The position numbers and the translations under genes were made by a program. A DNA stretch of 64,000 nucleotides. It comes from Oligoflexia bacterium (GTDB taxonomy: Bacteria > Bdellovibrionota > UBA1018). A model generated the notes under the pieces. The model did no database searches. It was not told the origin of the DNA and was given only the letters and a program-made list of their open reading frames with translations. The stretch lies in contig CAVWVI010000004.1 of assembly GCA_963758495.1 (NCBI GenBank), positions 1,043,184 through 1,107,183 on the forward strand, in the 5' to 3' direction. This document shows, piece by piece, positions 8,555-18,805 of the stretch. The first letter of the stretch is position 1; each line of letters starts with the position of its first letter.

Positions 8555-8595
8555 TATCATGCTGGAAGTTTTCAAAGAAAATCTCCAGCATGATA
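8555..8595. terminator. Hairpin between convergent vapC and glnA
   Basis: TATCATGCTGGA ... TCCAGCATGATA 12-bp stem. Confidence 0.6.
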
Positions 8596-8629
8596 AAGAA
8601 CACCCAAAACAGCTAATAACAGCACATTC

Positions 8630-10858
8630 TTACGATAAAAATAGCATTTCCCGATATTTCGGAAGTGGCCAATAATCATCAGAAATGACTGATTCTAATT
8701 GATCACAAAGCTCCCGAATTTCAGTCATGACATTTGAAATATCGAGCGAAAACATCTTCGCCTTTGCTTCTTCACTCGCTAAAGATTCTGCCTTACTCAT
8801 TGCAGTCTCCAAGCTAGATCTCTTCGTACTTAACGAATGGATCAATTCAGAAATTTTATTCAACATATCCGTCTGAGGAGCCATGACGCCAGCCATCTTA
8901 GCGGTAGCCACTGTCTGAACCAAAGTTCCGTGATAAGCAAACGCCGCAGGGAGAATTTGAGTATCTACCATTGCACGTAAGGTATCGACTTCAATCATCA
9001 TATTTTTTAGATAACGCTCTAATCGAACATGAAATCTAGAAACTAATTCAGATTCAGCAAAAATTTCCAATCGAGATAACATTTCTTTCGATTTTGGAGT
9101 GACTAACTCTAAAAGTGCTTCTGGTGTTTTGCGAAGGTTTGGCAATTTTCTTTGCGCTGCTTCTTTAACCCATTCTTGTGAGTAATTATTTCCCTCAAAT
9201 CGAATCGAACGAGTTTCCTTGATCCCTTCTCGAATCACTTCAAGGATGACTGCTTCCATTGTCTTGGCAGTTTTTCCCTTCTTCTTCAAAGAATCAATCA
9301 GTTCAGAAAATCCATCTGCAACAGCCGCATTCAAGAGGGTTACCGGAAAGGCAGTAGACGCAGAAGAACCGACTGCACGAAATTCAAATTTATTTCCTGT
9401 AAAAGCAAAGGGTGACGTTCTATTCCGATCGGTGTTATCTTTCATCACTTGGGGTAATTTATTTATACCCAATTGAATCACTGCAGCTTCAGCGCTCATG
9501 CCTGATACCGCCCCCTCCTCCAATTCATTCAAAATACGATTTAATAGATCCCCTAAAAAGACAGAAATAATTGCAGGAGGTGCTTCGTTTGCTCCCAGTC
9601 TGTGATCGTTCCCAGAAGAGGCAATTCCGGCTCTTAAAAGACCCGAATGTTTATAAACACCCTTGAGTATCCCCGTTAATACGAGTAAGAATCTTAAATT
9701 CTGCTGAGGAGTCTTTCCTGGGTCCAGTAAATTCTCGCCATTCAACTCCGCACTACTGGCCGTGACCATCATCGACCAGTTATTATGTTTACCGCTTCCA
9801 TTGATTCCAGCAAATGGCTTTTCATGAAGCAAGACACTAAAGCCGTGTCGCATAGATACCTTTTTCAAGATCTCCATGGTTAATTGATTATGATCAGTTG
9901 CAATATTAGCTTCTTCAAAAATGGGAGCACTTTCAAATTGATTCGGCGCTACTTCGTTATGTCGTGTTTTGACAGGGACACCGAGTTTGTAAAGCTCATA
10001 TTCCATTTCAGACATGAAGGCTTGTACTCTGGCAGGAATACTTCCAAAATAATGATCTTCCAGTTGTTGGCCCTTAGGTGGCTGTCCCCCTATCAAAGTT
10101 CGACCTGACATGACCAAATCGGCTCGTAAATTATAAAAAGCTCGATCAATCAAAAAATATTCCTGTTCAACACCCAATGTAGGAACCACTCTCTTGATGC
10201 CAGTACCTCCAAAAATTTCGAGAAGTTCACAGGCCTTATGGGATAATACTTCCATACTTCGCAGAAGGCCCGTCTTCTCATCTAAAGCATGGCCATGATA
10301 ACTAATAAATACAGAAGGAATGCAAAGCGTCTTTCCATTCACATGTTCCATGATAAATACAGGACTGGATGGATCCCATGCCGTATAACCACGAGCTTCG
10401 AATGTCGTACGCATCCCTCCTGATGGAAAGCTCGAGGCATCTGGCTCACTCTGGATCAATTGAGCGGCACTAAATTTTTCAAGGGTTCTGCCATTATCAT
10501 CAAAACTGATAAATGCATCGTGTTTTTCCGCTGTAGAACCCGTCTGTGGTTGAAACCAGTGACAGAAATGCGTGACTCCGCGAGCAAGAGCCCATTCCTT
10601 AATTGCATTCGCTACCACATTAGCAATCTCTCGATCTAATGTCTTACCCGTATCAATAGTTGAAACTAATTTTGTGTAAATATCTTTTGGAAGCTTTTCT
10701 CTCATCTTATGGATATCAAAAGTATTCACACCATAAAACTCAGAAACCCTTTGCCGTTTACCGTTTTCATCCCTCGGTGGATCAAACTTTCGAGGTACGC
10801 GTGTACTTAAATCCCTGATTGCATTAAACCGAGCTTTCGCTCCTGTACCCATACTCAT
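8630..10858 (-). CDS. glnA: Glutamine synthetase type III
   Basis: HWFQP..TAEKHDAF, EPDASSFPSGG, RHNEVAP, NGSGKHNNWS, DRNRTSPFAFTGNKFEFR. Confidence 0.95.
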   Translation of the reverse strand: MSMGTGAKARFNAIRDLSTRVPRKFDPPRDENGKRQRVSEFYGVNTFDIHKMREKLPKDIYTKLVSTIDTGKTLDREIANVVANAIKEWALARGVTHFCHWFQPQTGSTAEKHDAFISFDDNGRTLEKFSAAQLIQSEPDASSFPSGGMRTTFEARGYTAWDPSSPVFIMEHVNGKTLCIPSVFISYHGHALDEKTGLLRSMEVLSHKACELLEIFGGTGIKRVVPTLGVEQEYFLIDRAFYNLRADLVMSGRTLIGGQPPKGQQLEDHYFGSIPARVQAFMSEMEYELYKLGVPVKTRHNEVAPNQFESAPIFEEANIATDHNQLTMEILKKVSMRHGFSVLLHEKPFAGINGSGKHNNWSMMVTASSAELNGENLLDPGKTPQQNLRFLLVLTGILKGVYKHSGLLRAGIASSGNDHRLGANEAPPAIISVFLGDLLNRILNELEEGAVSGMSAEAAVIQLGINKLPQVMKDNTDRNRTSPFAFTGNKFEFRAVGSSASTAFPVTLLNAAVADGFSELIDSLKKKGKTAKTMEAVILEVIREGIKETRSIRFEGNNYSQEWVKEAAQRKLPNLRKTPEALLELVTPKSKEMLSRLEIFAESELVSRFHVRLERYLKNMMIEVDTLRAMVDTQILPAAFAYHGTLVQTVATAKMAGVMAPQTDMLNKISELIHSLSTKRSSLETAMSKAESLASEEAKAKMFSLDISNVMTEIRELCDQLESVISDDYWPLPKYREMLFLS

Positions 10859-10930
10859 GAGTGTGTCTCCTTAGCTTCCGATTATCAATTGAGGGACGGA
10901 CACCATGCCAATCCCTACGAATAAACATAG

Positions 10931-13075
10931 CTAATGACTATCAAAAGATCTACAGGCTTTTAGGCTCTTCGCCACGAGTTCGGCCTCACTGACCCACTTG
11001 ATCAGATCACTTCGAGCACTTGACTCCGTGCTATTTCCGAGCGAGCTAGCAAATCGGACCGTTTCAGCATATTCCAATAGTGCTACGATTTGACTCCAAA
11101 GAGGTGCTGGAAGACCTTTTTCTTGAACCAGAAGATCTCCTAATTGGGCCCGAGAAAACCCCCTCGCGCCAACCTGAAAAACTTTATCTATTTCATCAAA
11201 TACAGCCTCAGTCAGTAACTCATAGAGTTCACTGATCTCTTGCCATGACGCTCCAGATGACGCTCCAAGGGAAGCATTCTTTGCTCGACTTTGGAGATCA
11301 CTCCACTGCTGGAGATCATCTCCTATTTTTGCACGCCGTAGACGTCTGATTTTTGTTGCTCCCCGCTTAAATAGATCAACTCCTACAAACCCTATAAACG
11401 CCCCCAATGCTACTACCCAGCCCCAATAAAGGAGATGCCAAGTTAACTCCAATCCACTTTTTTGATTGACAATTTCAGTGGGTGATTTCAAATCTCTTAA
11501 ATTCTCTACTTTCGCTCCAGGATTTGATGAATGAGAATTCTCGTTTATTTTATTTTTTCCGATGGGTACCAATGCGCTCCCCGGCGCAGGTTCAAGTACA
11601 TGGAGCTGAATCGCTTCAGTCGATTGAGTGTAATATTGATTTTTGTTAGGATCAAAAAATCCAAACTGAAGAGGAGGTAATTCTAATTTTCCAGGTACCC
11701 GAGGTATCAGTAAAAATTCAAAAACTTTTTCACCCACTCCTTGAGATCCAGCTTGCGATCGACCTTTTGAATCATATAATTCGATAGTTTCAGGCCATTT
11801 ATTCTTGGGCTCCTCCAAAGTCGCATAATTTCCACGCCCCTCCACCTTCACAGTTAAAGTAACCGCCTCATTAGCACGGACCTCATACTTATCCACTGCT
11901 GAAGTCACTTGAAAATCCCCTACACCCCCCACAAAATTTTCAGGCCGTCCCTGTGAGGGCAAAGATTTTACATCAATATTTTGCTTTTCACTCTGTGCAC
12001 TTCCAACCCGAGGTGAAAGTTGCTGAAAAAATCCAAAAAAGGGATCTTCTTCGCCAAACGGGCTATTACGAAGATTAGAATAATAATTAAACTTTACCGC
12101 CATCGAATCAATAGTCAGCTTCCCTTCTTGTATGGGATAGGCAGCATATCGTGCCAAGAGCCATCTTTCGTATGGAACTCCATTCAGGGTGACACGCTCA
12201 GGCTCCATTCGCTGAGTAATAATGGGCATGTCTAAATCTTCTCGAAGGAATCCACTTAATATAGGAAATTTTTCAACTTGGAGATTAAATACCTTACCTT
12301 GGTGATAAAAATAATAACTGACAATGAGCTGCTCTCCTTTATAAGCGGTATTTTTAGCCACTTCTGCGCGTAGCATTGCATTTTGTGCACTGCGTGCATT
12401 GGGAGCATTGGGCGTATTACGCCCAATAGCGCTATTGGGTCTCGACATTCTATAACTAGGAGAACTATAACCCGGCGAAGAAGGTGGTGGAGCACTTCCC
12501 TGACCTCCGCCTTGGCCTCCTCCTGGAATGATCTGTAACTCAATGGGGTTCGCCTTATATAGTTTGCCATCCACTTCAACTTGGATTCCTGAAATTTCAT
12601 ACTTTCCAGGCTTTAAAGTCTCTGAGGGCTGCAAGACTTTGGTAATTTGCTGAACATTTTCCATTGATATCTGACCCAAACTAGAATCATATTGAGTACT
12701 CACTGAAACTGATTTGGAATTGCTCACTTCCTCAAAACCCCGTGCAATAATTTGGGGTTCACTGACCTTCGCATTACCGTGCGTTCTTATCAAAAGATTG
12801 AGGGTGACAGTGTCGCTGAGAGTCAGTTGAGATCGATCTACTTCAGCAGAGAATTCAACCTCACTCGCATATGCCAAACTACACTGCCCTAAACGAGTGG
12901 ATGTTAAGTCTAAGCCTAAGTCTAAGCTTAGACTTAGAGTGAGGACCAGAGCTAGACCCAAACCTAGTCGTGTACAAAAACCTAGGGCATTTGATCTCCA
13001 GCTATTCTGCTTACCAATCTTTCGGGTTATTTTGTGATTTAGCATGTTGAGTTTGTAGTTTCTCCTGAAGTGCAC
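10931..13075 (-). CDS. batD: BatD-like protein
   Basis: Repeated BatD domains (F.G.VG.F, V.G.GN, FFDP...Y), C-terminal TM; position in bat operon; start uncertain. Confidence 0.82.
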   Translation of the reverse strand: MHFRRNYKLNMLNHKITRKIGKQNSWRSNALGFCTRLGLGLALVLTLSLSLDLGLDLTSTRLGQCSLAYASEVEFSAEVDRSQLTLSDTVTLNLLIRTHGNAKVSEPQIIARGFEEVSNSKSVSVSTQYDSSLGQISMENVQQITKVLQPSETLKPGKYEISGIQVEVDGKLYKANPIELQIIPGGGQGGGQGSAPPPSSPGYSSPSYRMSRPNSAIGRNTPNAPNARSAQNAMLRAEVAKNTAYKGEQLIVSYYFYHQGKVFNLQVEKFPILSGFLREDLDMPIITQRMEPERVTLNGVPYERWLLARYAAYPIQEGKLTIDSMAVKFNYYSNLRNSPFGEEDPFFGFFQQLSPRVGSAQSEKQNIDVKSLPSQGRPENFVGGVGDFQVTSAVDKYEVRANEAVTLTVKVEGRGNYATLEEPKNKWPETIELYDSKGRSQAGSQGVGEKVFEFLLIPRVPGKLELPPLQFGFFDPNKNQYYTQSTEAIQLHVLEPAPGSALVPIGKNKINENSHSSNPGAKVENLRDLKSPTEIVNQKSGLELTWHLLYWGWVVALGAFIGFVGVDLFKRGATKIRRLRRAKIGDDLQQWSDLQSRAKNASLGASSGASWQEISELYELLTEAVFDEIDKVFQVGARGFSRAQLGDLLVQEKGLPAPLWSQIVALLEYAETVRFASSLGNSTESSARSDLIKWVSEAELVAKSLKACRSFDSH

Positions 13076-14912
13076 GCTCGCGCGTGGTGAGCTCAGACAT
13101 TACTCGATCGGCGTCTTCGGGTTTCATCTTTTTAGATTCAAATTTTTGATTTCGAGAATTTTTTAAACTCTCTTTATATGGACGAGACTCGTCTTTTCCT
13201 TGCTCTTGATCTTGTTCATGTTCTGGGCTTTGACTTTGACCTTGTTTGTTTTTTTCATCTTTTGACTTTTGATCTTGAGCCCCTTTGCTCTCTTTTTTTT
13301 CATCTTTTGAATTTGAAGAGGAGTCTTTCTTATCATTTTCTTTATTTTTACTCTTTTCCTGCCCCTTGTTCTCTTCCTGTTCTTTTTGCTGTTTTTGTTG
13401 TTGCTGTTCCTGCTGCTGTTGTTCTTTGGGGGGATCAATCAGCAATTGTAGATTTTTTCGGGCTTCATTTTCTAGTACGGGATTTTTACTTTCAATTGCA
13501 GAACGAATTGCTTCCACATAGGAACGGACAGCATTTTTCACATCTCCTTTTTTTGTATAAGCATTGCCTAAATTATAAAATGATTTTCCTAATAATGTCT
13601 TATCTTGCTTGCCCATGGCCGATCGGGCGGAGCCTTGAAAAGCTTCGATTGCCTGATCAGTTGCACCTTGCTGCAATTGAACTACTCCCTGATTGAATTC
13701 AAGCTCAGGACGCGTAGGATCTCTTGCCTGAGCTGCGCCAAAATTCTTCTGCGCTTCCTCAATCTTCCCTTCCTGATAAGCTCGAATCCCTTTTTGATTC
13801 TCTAAATAAGTATCAAGTCCAGCTGCTCTAGCCAGTGGACTTATGAAAAACAGCAAGCAAATAGCTAACTTTCTAGAAGGAATTGAAAGTTCTAATAAAA
13901 AAAGAATGACTGCAATAAAAAGTGGTATCTGATATCGATCTTCATATACAAGATAATGACGTTCCGCATAATCCGTGCGAACCATCGCGCCCATATCGTT
14001 CAATATCTCTTCAACTTCACTTTCACCTATCGTTGCACTCCAATACTTTCCTCCGGCTGCATCACTTAATTCCTTAAGGAACTCGGGTCGAAAAGTGCTC
14101 ACAATAGGGTCGCCAGAACGATTTCTTTTATATCCGACTACATTATCTTTATCATCTTTGACAGGAACGGGCCCACCCTTTGCTGTGCCCACACCCAGAA
14201 TATAAAGCTTTGTGCCAGTCTCTTTAAATTTTGCTGCTATTTTCATCGCTTGATTTTCGTGATCCTCACCATCAGAAATGAGAATAACGATACGAGAGGG
14301 AAGCACTCCGGACTGGGTCGGAGCATTGACCTCTTGTGCGCCTCTTTCCAGGGATTTAAAGGCCGTCTCTAAACCCATTCCAACGTCAGTCCCCTGACTT
14401 TGAATCATTTTTGGGCCAAGGATCTGGACCGTGTCCCATAAATAAGAAAGATCCGATGTCAGAGGACATGCAACATAAGAACTCGCGGCAAATGCAACGG
14501 CTCCCACACGATCTCCCTGTAATCGAGTCACTATGGATCGAGCCAAGTGCTTGGCTTTTTGGAGTCGACTGGGAACCACATCTGCAACATCCATACTATT
14601 AGAAACATCCAAAGCTAACATGATATCCAGTCCCGAAACTTGAACTGTTTCCTCATGAGAGCCGTATTGAGGTCGCGCTAATGCCAAAAATGAAAACCCC
14701 AATGCTAAGAGCCAAAGTCTACCTTTACGAACTCGATGGGTCATATCCATCTCAGGTGAGATAGATGACCAAAGCTTTTTACCTGCAAAACGCGAGAATT
14801 GCGCTTGCCTGCGCTTTTCATCCATTAAAAGCACAGCATAAAAAATAGGTAAAACTAAAATCCCCCAGAGCCAAACGGGTGAAACAAACTTCAAGGTAGA
14901 ATCCTCCACCAT
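13011..14912 (-). CDS. BatB-BatC-like fusion (VWA + TPR + Gln/Lys-rich tail)
   Basis: DVSNSM MIDAS, ISDGED, YNLGNA TPR, terminal KDW. Confidence 0.85.
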   Translation of the reverse strand: MVEDSTLKFVSPVWLWGILVLPIFYAVLLMDEKRRQAQFSRFAGKKLWSSISPEMDMTHRVRKGRLWLLALGFSFLALARPQYGSHEETVQVSGLDIMLALDVSNSMDVADVVPSRLQKAKHLARSIVTRLQGDRVGAVAFAASSYVACPLTSDLSYLWDTVQILGPKMIQSQGTDVGMGLETAFKSLERGAQEVNAPTQSGVLPSRIVILISDGEDHENQAMKIAAKFKETGTKLYILGVGTAKGGPVPVKDDKDNVVGYKRNRSGDPIVSTFRPEFLKELSDAAGGKYWSATIGESEVEEILNDMGAMVRTDYAERHYLVYEDRYQIPLFIAVILFLLELSIPSRKLAICLLFFISPLARAAGLDTYLENQKGIRAYQEGKIEEAQKNFGAAQARDPTRPELEFNQGVVQLQQGATDQAIEAFQGSARSAMGKQDKTLLGKSFYNLGNAYTKKGDVKNAVRSYVEAIRSAIESKNPVLENEARKNLQLLIDPPKEQQQQEQQQQKQQKEQEENKGQEKSKNKENDKKDSSSNSKDEKKESKGAQDQKSKDEKNKQGQSQSPEHEQDQEQGKDESRPYKESLKNSRNQKFESKKMKPEDADRVMSELTTRERALQEKLQTQHAKSQNNPKDW

Positions 14913-15874
14913 CCCCGAGCTAAGAGCTGTTCAATCATGAGGATTAAGATTCCTAATTTGAGAGGCCATTGAAAACCTTCCTCATATCTAACTTTTTCCT
15001 TCGCTTTAACATCACTTTTTTCAAGCTGATTGATTTCATTGAATACTGACCCCAAAGCGCTTTCATCCGTTACTCGGTAAAATTTTCCATTGGTTATTTT
15101 AGCAATGAGTTGAAGCAGTTCAGGATTCAGAGCATTTTCAAACCATTGATAAGTGGTCACATTATTACCAAATACACCCTTATGATGAATCGGCATTTTA
15201 ACTCGCCCTTCTCTCCCAATTGCTATAGTGTAAACACGAATTCCGTAACCTGCTGCAAGTTCTCCAGCCGTTGCAGGATCAACTTGACCTAAATTATTAT
15301 CCCCATCCGTCAGTAGGATCACGACTCGGCTTTTCGCTTTGGAAGACCTGAGATGCCCTACCGCAAGGGCAAGTCCATCTCCAATAGCCGTCCCATCTTT
15401 TAGCACTCCAATGCTTGCCTGATGAAGAGAGCGCACCAGCAAGCCGTAATCCAGCGTGGGGGGAACCATGGTGAGTGGTTCTCCACTGAACATCACAAAT
15501 CCTATACGATCATTCTGTCGACCCTTAATAAAATTTTCCATCGTATCTTTAGCCACATCAATACGAGATCGGTCAGCTAGATCCTCAATATTCATACTCG
15601 CCGAAACATCAAGGAGCATGACAATATCAACCCCACTGGAGGTTCTTTCCATTTGACGAAAACTATCTTGCGGTCGGGCTAAAGCGAAAATGAGAAGTGC
15701 CAAACCCAAATATTTTAAACCTAACAAAATCTTAAGAGGATTCTTTGTCGCAACAGATCTCGGTATGGGGAGAGAAAATCGAACGCGAGCTGGCTTATTG
15801 CGAATCAACCACCATCGATGAAGAAGAGGGATCAAAACCAATAAAATTAAAAAAAAGCCATTACCGAGCCGCAC
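14891..15874 (-). CDS. batA: BatA-like VWA protein
   Basis: LARP, DVSASM, GTAIGDG, LLTDGDNN. Confidence 0.88.
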   Translation of the reverse strand: MRLGNGFFLILLVLIPLLHRWWLIRNKPARVRFSLPIPRSVATKNPLKILLGLKYLGLALLIFALARPQDSFRQMERTSSGVDIVMLLDVSASMNIEDLADRSRIDVAKDTMENFIKGRQNDRIGFVMFSGEPLTMVPPTLDYGLLVRSLHQASIGVLKDGTAIGDGLALAVGHLRSSKAKSRVVILLTDGDNNLGQVDPATAGELAAGYGIRVYTIAIGREGRVKMPIHHKGVFGNNVTTYQWFENALNPELLQLIAKITNGKFYRVTDESALGSVFNEINQLEKSDVKAKEKVRYEEGFQWPLKLGILILMIEQLLARGWWRILP

Positions 15875-16973
15875 TTCTATCCCCTCCTACTACAGGATTT
15901 GAGAGAGTTGCCGGTCGACAAGTCTTCAAAATAAATTCCTTAGTAATCCCGATCAATTGTTTAGCCTCGTCCATATCTGGAACATGGTCCGTAAATTTAA
16001 CCCGATCTAATTTTTCAAAAAGAGTTTGAAGTGTCTCAATAACAACAAATTCTAACGACGACTCTTGATCTTTTAAAATCGTAATCATTTCTCTCGTCGT
16101 TGATTCAGGAGCATCAAATCGATACCGACTTCCAATATAAATTTTTAATATTTCAGAAATTTTGAAATAATGAGCTTTGAATTTTCCTTGTTTTATAAAC
16201 TCCTGTCGATCCAACGCAGTGAGACTTTCCAAAGCAATTTCATCTTCTGAACGATAGATTTCTATCTGCTTCACCTGGAATGGTTTTTTCGCTTTTCTCC
16301 AACGATAAATCCCATAAATGGCAAATCCAATAACGATCACGCCCAGGATGGCAAGAGTAATCATCACCCACCATGGAAACTGTAAAGAGAGAGGAGGCTC
16401 CAAAGCCTCTGGTTCTTTAGGACGAGGATCATCTGCCTGAATAGCAGATGAGACTTCCAGATTAAAAGGGTTTGTCCTCGCCAAGATTTTTCCTGATGCA
16501 TCTTTCAATACAACTGAAGGAATCGTTAATTGTCCCGGTTTAAGAGGGGTAGCTGAAATGAAATACTCAGAACCCGCAGTATTGAGTTCAAGACTCCATC
16601 CCTGCTCTTGTAAGTCTACGGCTGAAGATAAATCTAAACTCCCGTTCAATGACAAGCCACTGGGTATGCCACTGATTTTTAATTTGATCTTGTCACCTAC
16701 CTTGGCTGGTACCTTTTTTTCTAGAGGATCAAGTACTCGTTCCAAATCATAGGCCAAATCATGGGTCGAAGCAGATAATGACGAAATACCCACAGGGCTT
16801 TTAGGTTCGCTTTCTACCGACCACCCTAAAGAAGACTGAAAAGTCCCGAAGGTAATGACTCCTAAAATAGAGAGTACAGCTCCGTAATATTCTCTGTAAT
16901 ATTCTCTGTAATATTGATGATGATCATTTTCGGCGCGATCGCGCTCGAAAAAAGCGTACCACGGCTTCGCCAT
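15861..16973 (-). CDS. bat-operon membrane protein (DUF4381-like)
   Basis: Ig-like region, TM, A.ESTT.E and D.VKF motifs; true start uncertain. Confidence 0.7.
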   Translation of the reverse strand: MAKPWYAFFERDRAENDHHQYYREYYREYYGAVLSILGVITFGTFQSSLGWSVESEPKSPVGISSLSASTHDLAYDLERVLDPLEKKVPAKVGDKIKLKISGIPSGLSLNGSLDLSSAVDLQEQGWSLELNTAGSEYFISATPLKPGQLTIPSVVLKDASGKILARTNPFNLEVSSAIQADDPRPKEPEALEPPLSLQFPWWVMITLAILGVIVIGFAIYGIYRWRKAKKPFQVKQIEIYRSEDEIALESLTALDRQEFIKQGKFKAHYFKISEILKIYIGSRYRFDAPESTTREMITILKDQESSLEFVVIETLQTLFEKLDRVKFTDHVPDMDEAKQLIGITKEFILKTCRPATLSNPVVGGDRSAAR

Positions 16974-17799
16974 AATCTTCCTTCGTTAGAATTTTCAACA
17001 TTTCTACGCGATTTTCTCGCAAAACAGTTTGAGTCTTTGCTTCAAACTCTGCTCGATACTCTTCAAACCATTTCTTAAACTGATAAGATGAAGTATCTAC
17101 TAGCTGCTCCTGACCCGTTTCGGCATCAAATAGCAAAATATGTCCCACATCCGGGATCACAGCCTCTCGCTCATCTGCAATTGAAACCGCTACAACATCA
17201 TGTTTTCTAGAAAGTCGTTTTAAAGCAACCTCATAATCATGAGCAATAAAGTCACTTATAACAAAAATGATTCCACTATGCTTCATAATCCGCCCAGTAG
17301 CCTCTAATGCTGCTTTCAAATGAGTTCCTTGACTCTTTGCCTTATGAGCTAAAAGATCATGAATCACTCTTTGGATATGTTGGCGACCTTTCTTTGGCGG
17401 AATAATATGCTCAACTTCTCCTGCAAAAATCAACACCCCAACTCGATCTCCTGCGTGGCTAGCGGCATAGGCAAGTATGCCTCCGATCTCCGCTACAATT
17501 TCTGATTTCAATTTGGCTGAAGAACCAAAATTTTCAGATCCTGAAACATCAACCACCAAAAATACTGAAAGCTCACGCTCCTCTTCGTAGATTTTTACTA
17601 AAGGATCTCTTGTTCTTGCGCTGACATTCCAATTAATATGACGAACATCATCACCGGGAACATAAAGTCGATGTTCAGAAAATTGAACACCATGTCCTTT
17701 GAAATGACTGCGATACTGCCCAGTAAGCACATCAGCCACGACTCTACGCGTAGTAATCTCAATCAAACGAACTTTATGTAATAATTCATCTGACAACAT
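16924..17799 (-). CDS. DUF58 family protein
   Basis: KG.G..FSEHRLY.PGDDVRHINW, YEEERE, DVSGS. Confidence 0.92.
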   Translation of the reverse strand: MLSDELLHKVRLIEITTRRVVADVLTGQYRSHFKGHGVQFSEHRLYVPGDDVRHINWNVSARTRDPLVKIYEEERELSVFLVVDVSGSENFGSSAKLKSEIVAEIGGILAYAASHAGDRVGVLIFAGEVEHIIPPKKGRQHIQRVIHDLLAHKAKSQGTHLKAALEATGRIMKHSGIIFVISDFIAHDYEVALKRLSRKHDVVAVSIADEREAVIPDVGHILLFDAETGQEQLVDTSSYQFKKWFEEYRAEFEAKTQTVLRENRVEMLKILTKEDYGEAVVRFFRARSRRK

Positions 17800-17803
17800 G
17801 GTT

Positions 17804-18796
17804 TTAAGGAACTTCTACGCGCTCTAAAATTTTTTTAATAATTTGCTCACTATCCACGCCATCCGCTTCTGCCTCAAAGGACACGAGCACTCGATGCCTC
17901 AGCACGTCATAAGCAATAGATTTGACATCTTCCGGAGAAACAAACCCTCGATGTTGAATAAATGCATGAGCACGACTCGCTTTTGCTAATGCCAAAGTCG
18001 CTCGGGGAGATGCGCCCACTTGAATCTGAGATTTAAGTTCAGGTATGCCTAGCTTTTCGGGAAACCGAGTTGCAAACACGATCCCCAAAATATAATCCTT
18101 CAACTTCTCATCCATATAGATTTGAGCGCACACTTTTCTTGCATCTAAAAGAGTCTCTGGATGACAAATTTTATTGGTTTGAGGTGGTAAAACCCCCGAC
18201 ATTCGATTTAATATCCCCTTTTCTTCTGCTTGGGTCGGATAACCTACTTTTACTTTAAATAAAAATCGATCTAATTGCGCTTCAGGGAGTGGATAGGTCC
18301 CTTCCTGTTCGATTGGATTTTGAGTTGCCAGCACAGTAAAAAGTTGCTGCATGGGGTAGGTAGTTTCACCAATCGTCACCTGATGTTCACCCATCGCTTC
18401 TAGCAAAGCACTCTGTACCTTTGCCGGTGCACGATTGATTTCATCTGCCAAAACAAGGTTGGTAAAGATCGGTCCCTTCCTAGGGGTAAAATCACCTGTT
18501 TTCTGATTAAAAATCATCGTCCCCACTAAATCTGCCGGCAGCAAATCGGGGGTAAATTGAATTCTTTGAAAATCAGCATGGATCACATTGGCCAATGTCT
18601 TAATCGTGAGCGTCTTCGCAAGCCCTGGCAGCCCCTCTAGTAAGACGTGGCCTTCGCATAACAATGCTAATAGAAGCCGCTCTATCAGGACCTTTTGACC
18701 AACAACCACTTTTGATGTTTCGCTAAGAATCGCATCAATAAAAAGGCTTTTCTGTTTAATCTCTTCAGTAAGTGAATGTACGTCGAGTGTAGACAT
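17804..18796 (-). CDS. moxR: MoxR family AAA+ ATPase
   Basis: HVLLEGLPGLAKT, RIQFTPDLLPAD, DEINRAPAKVQSALLE, LPEAQLDRF. Confidence 0.96.
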   Translation of the reverse strand: MSTLDVHSLTEEIKQKSLFIDAILSETSKVVVGQKVLIERLLLALLCEGHVLLEGLPGLAKTLTIKTLANVIHADFQRIQFTPDLLPADLVGTMIFNQKTGDFTPRKGPIFTNLVLADEINRAPAKVQSALLEAMGEHQVTIGETTYPMQQLFTVLATQNPIEQEGTYPLPEAQLDRFLFKVKVGYPTQAEEKGILNRMSGVLPPQTNKICHPETLLDARKVCAQIYMDEKLKDYILGIVFATRFPEKLGIPELKSQIQVGASPRATLALAKASRAHAFIQHRGFVSPEDVKSIAYDVLRHRVLVSFEAEADGVDSEQIIKKILERVEVP

Positions 18797-18805
18797 ACAA
18801 TTACC

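Noticed and set aside
10890..10912. Sigma54 promoter for glnA (TGGCAT on the minus strand)
   Set aside because: The -12 TTGC element is absent
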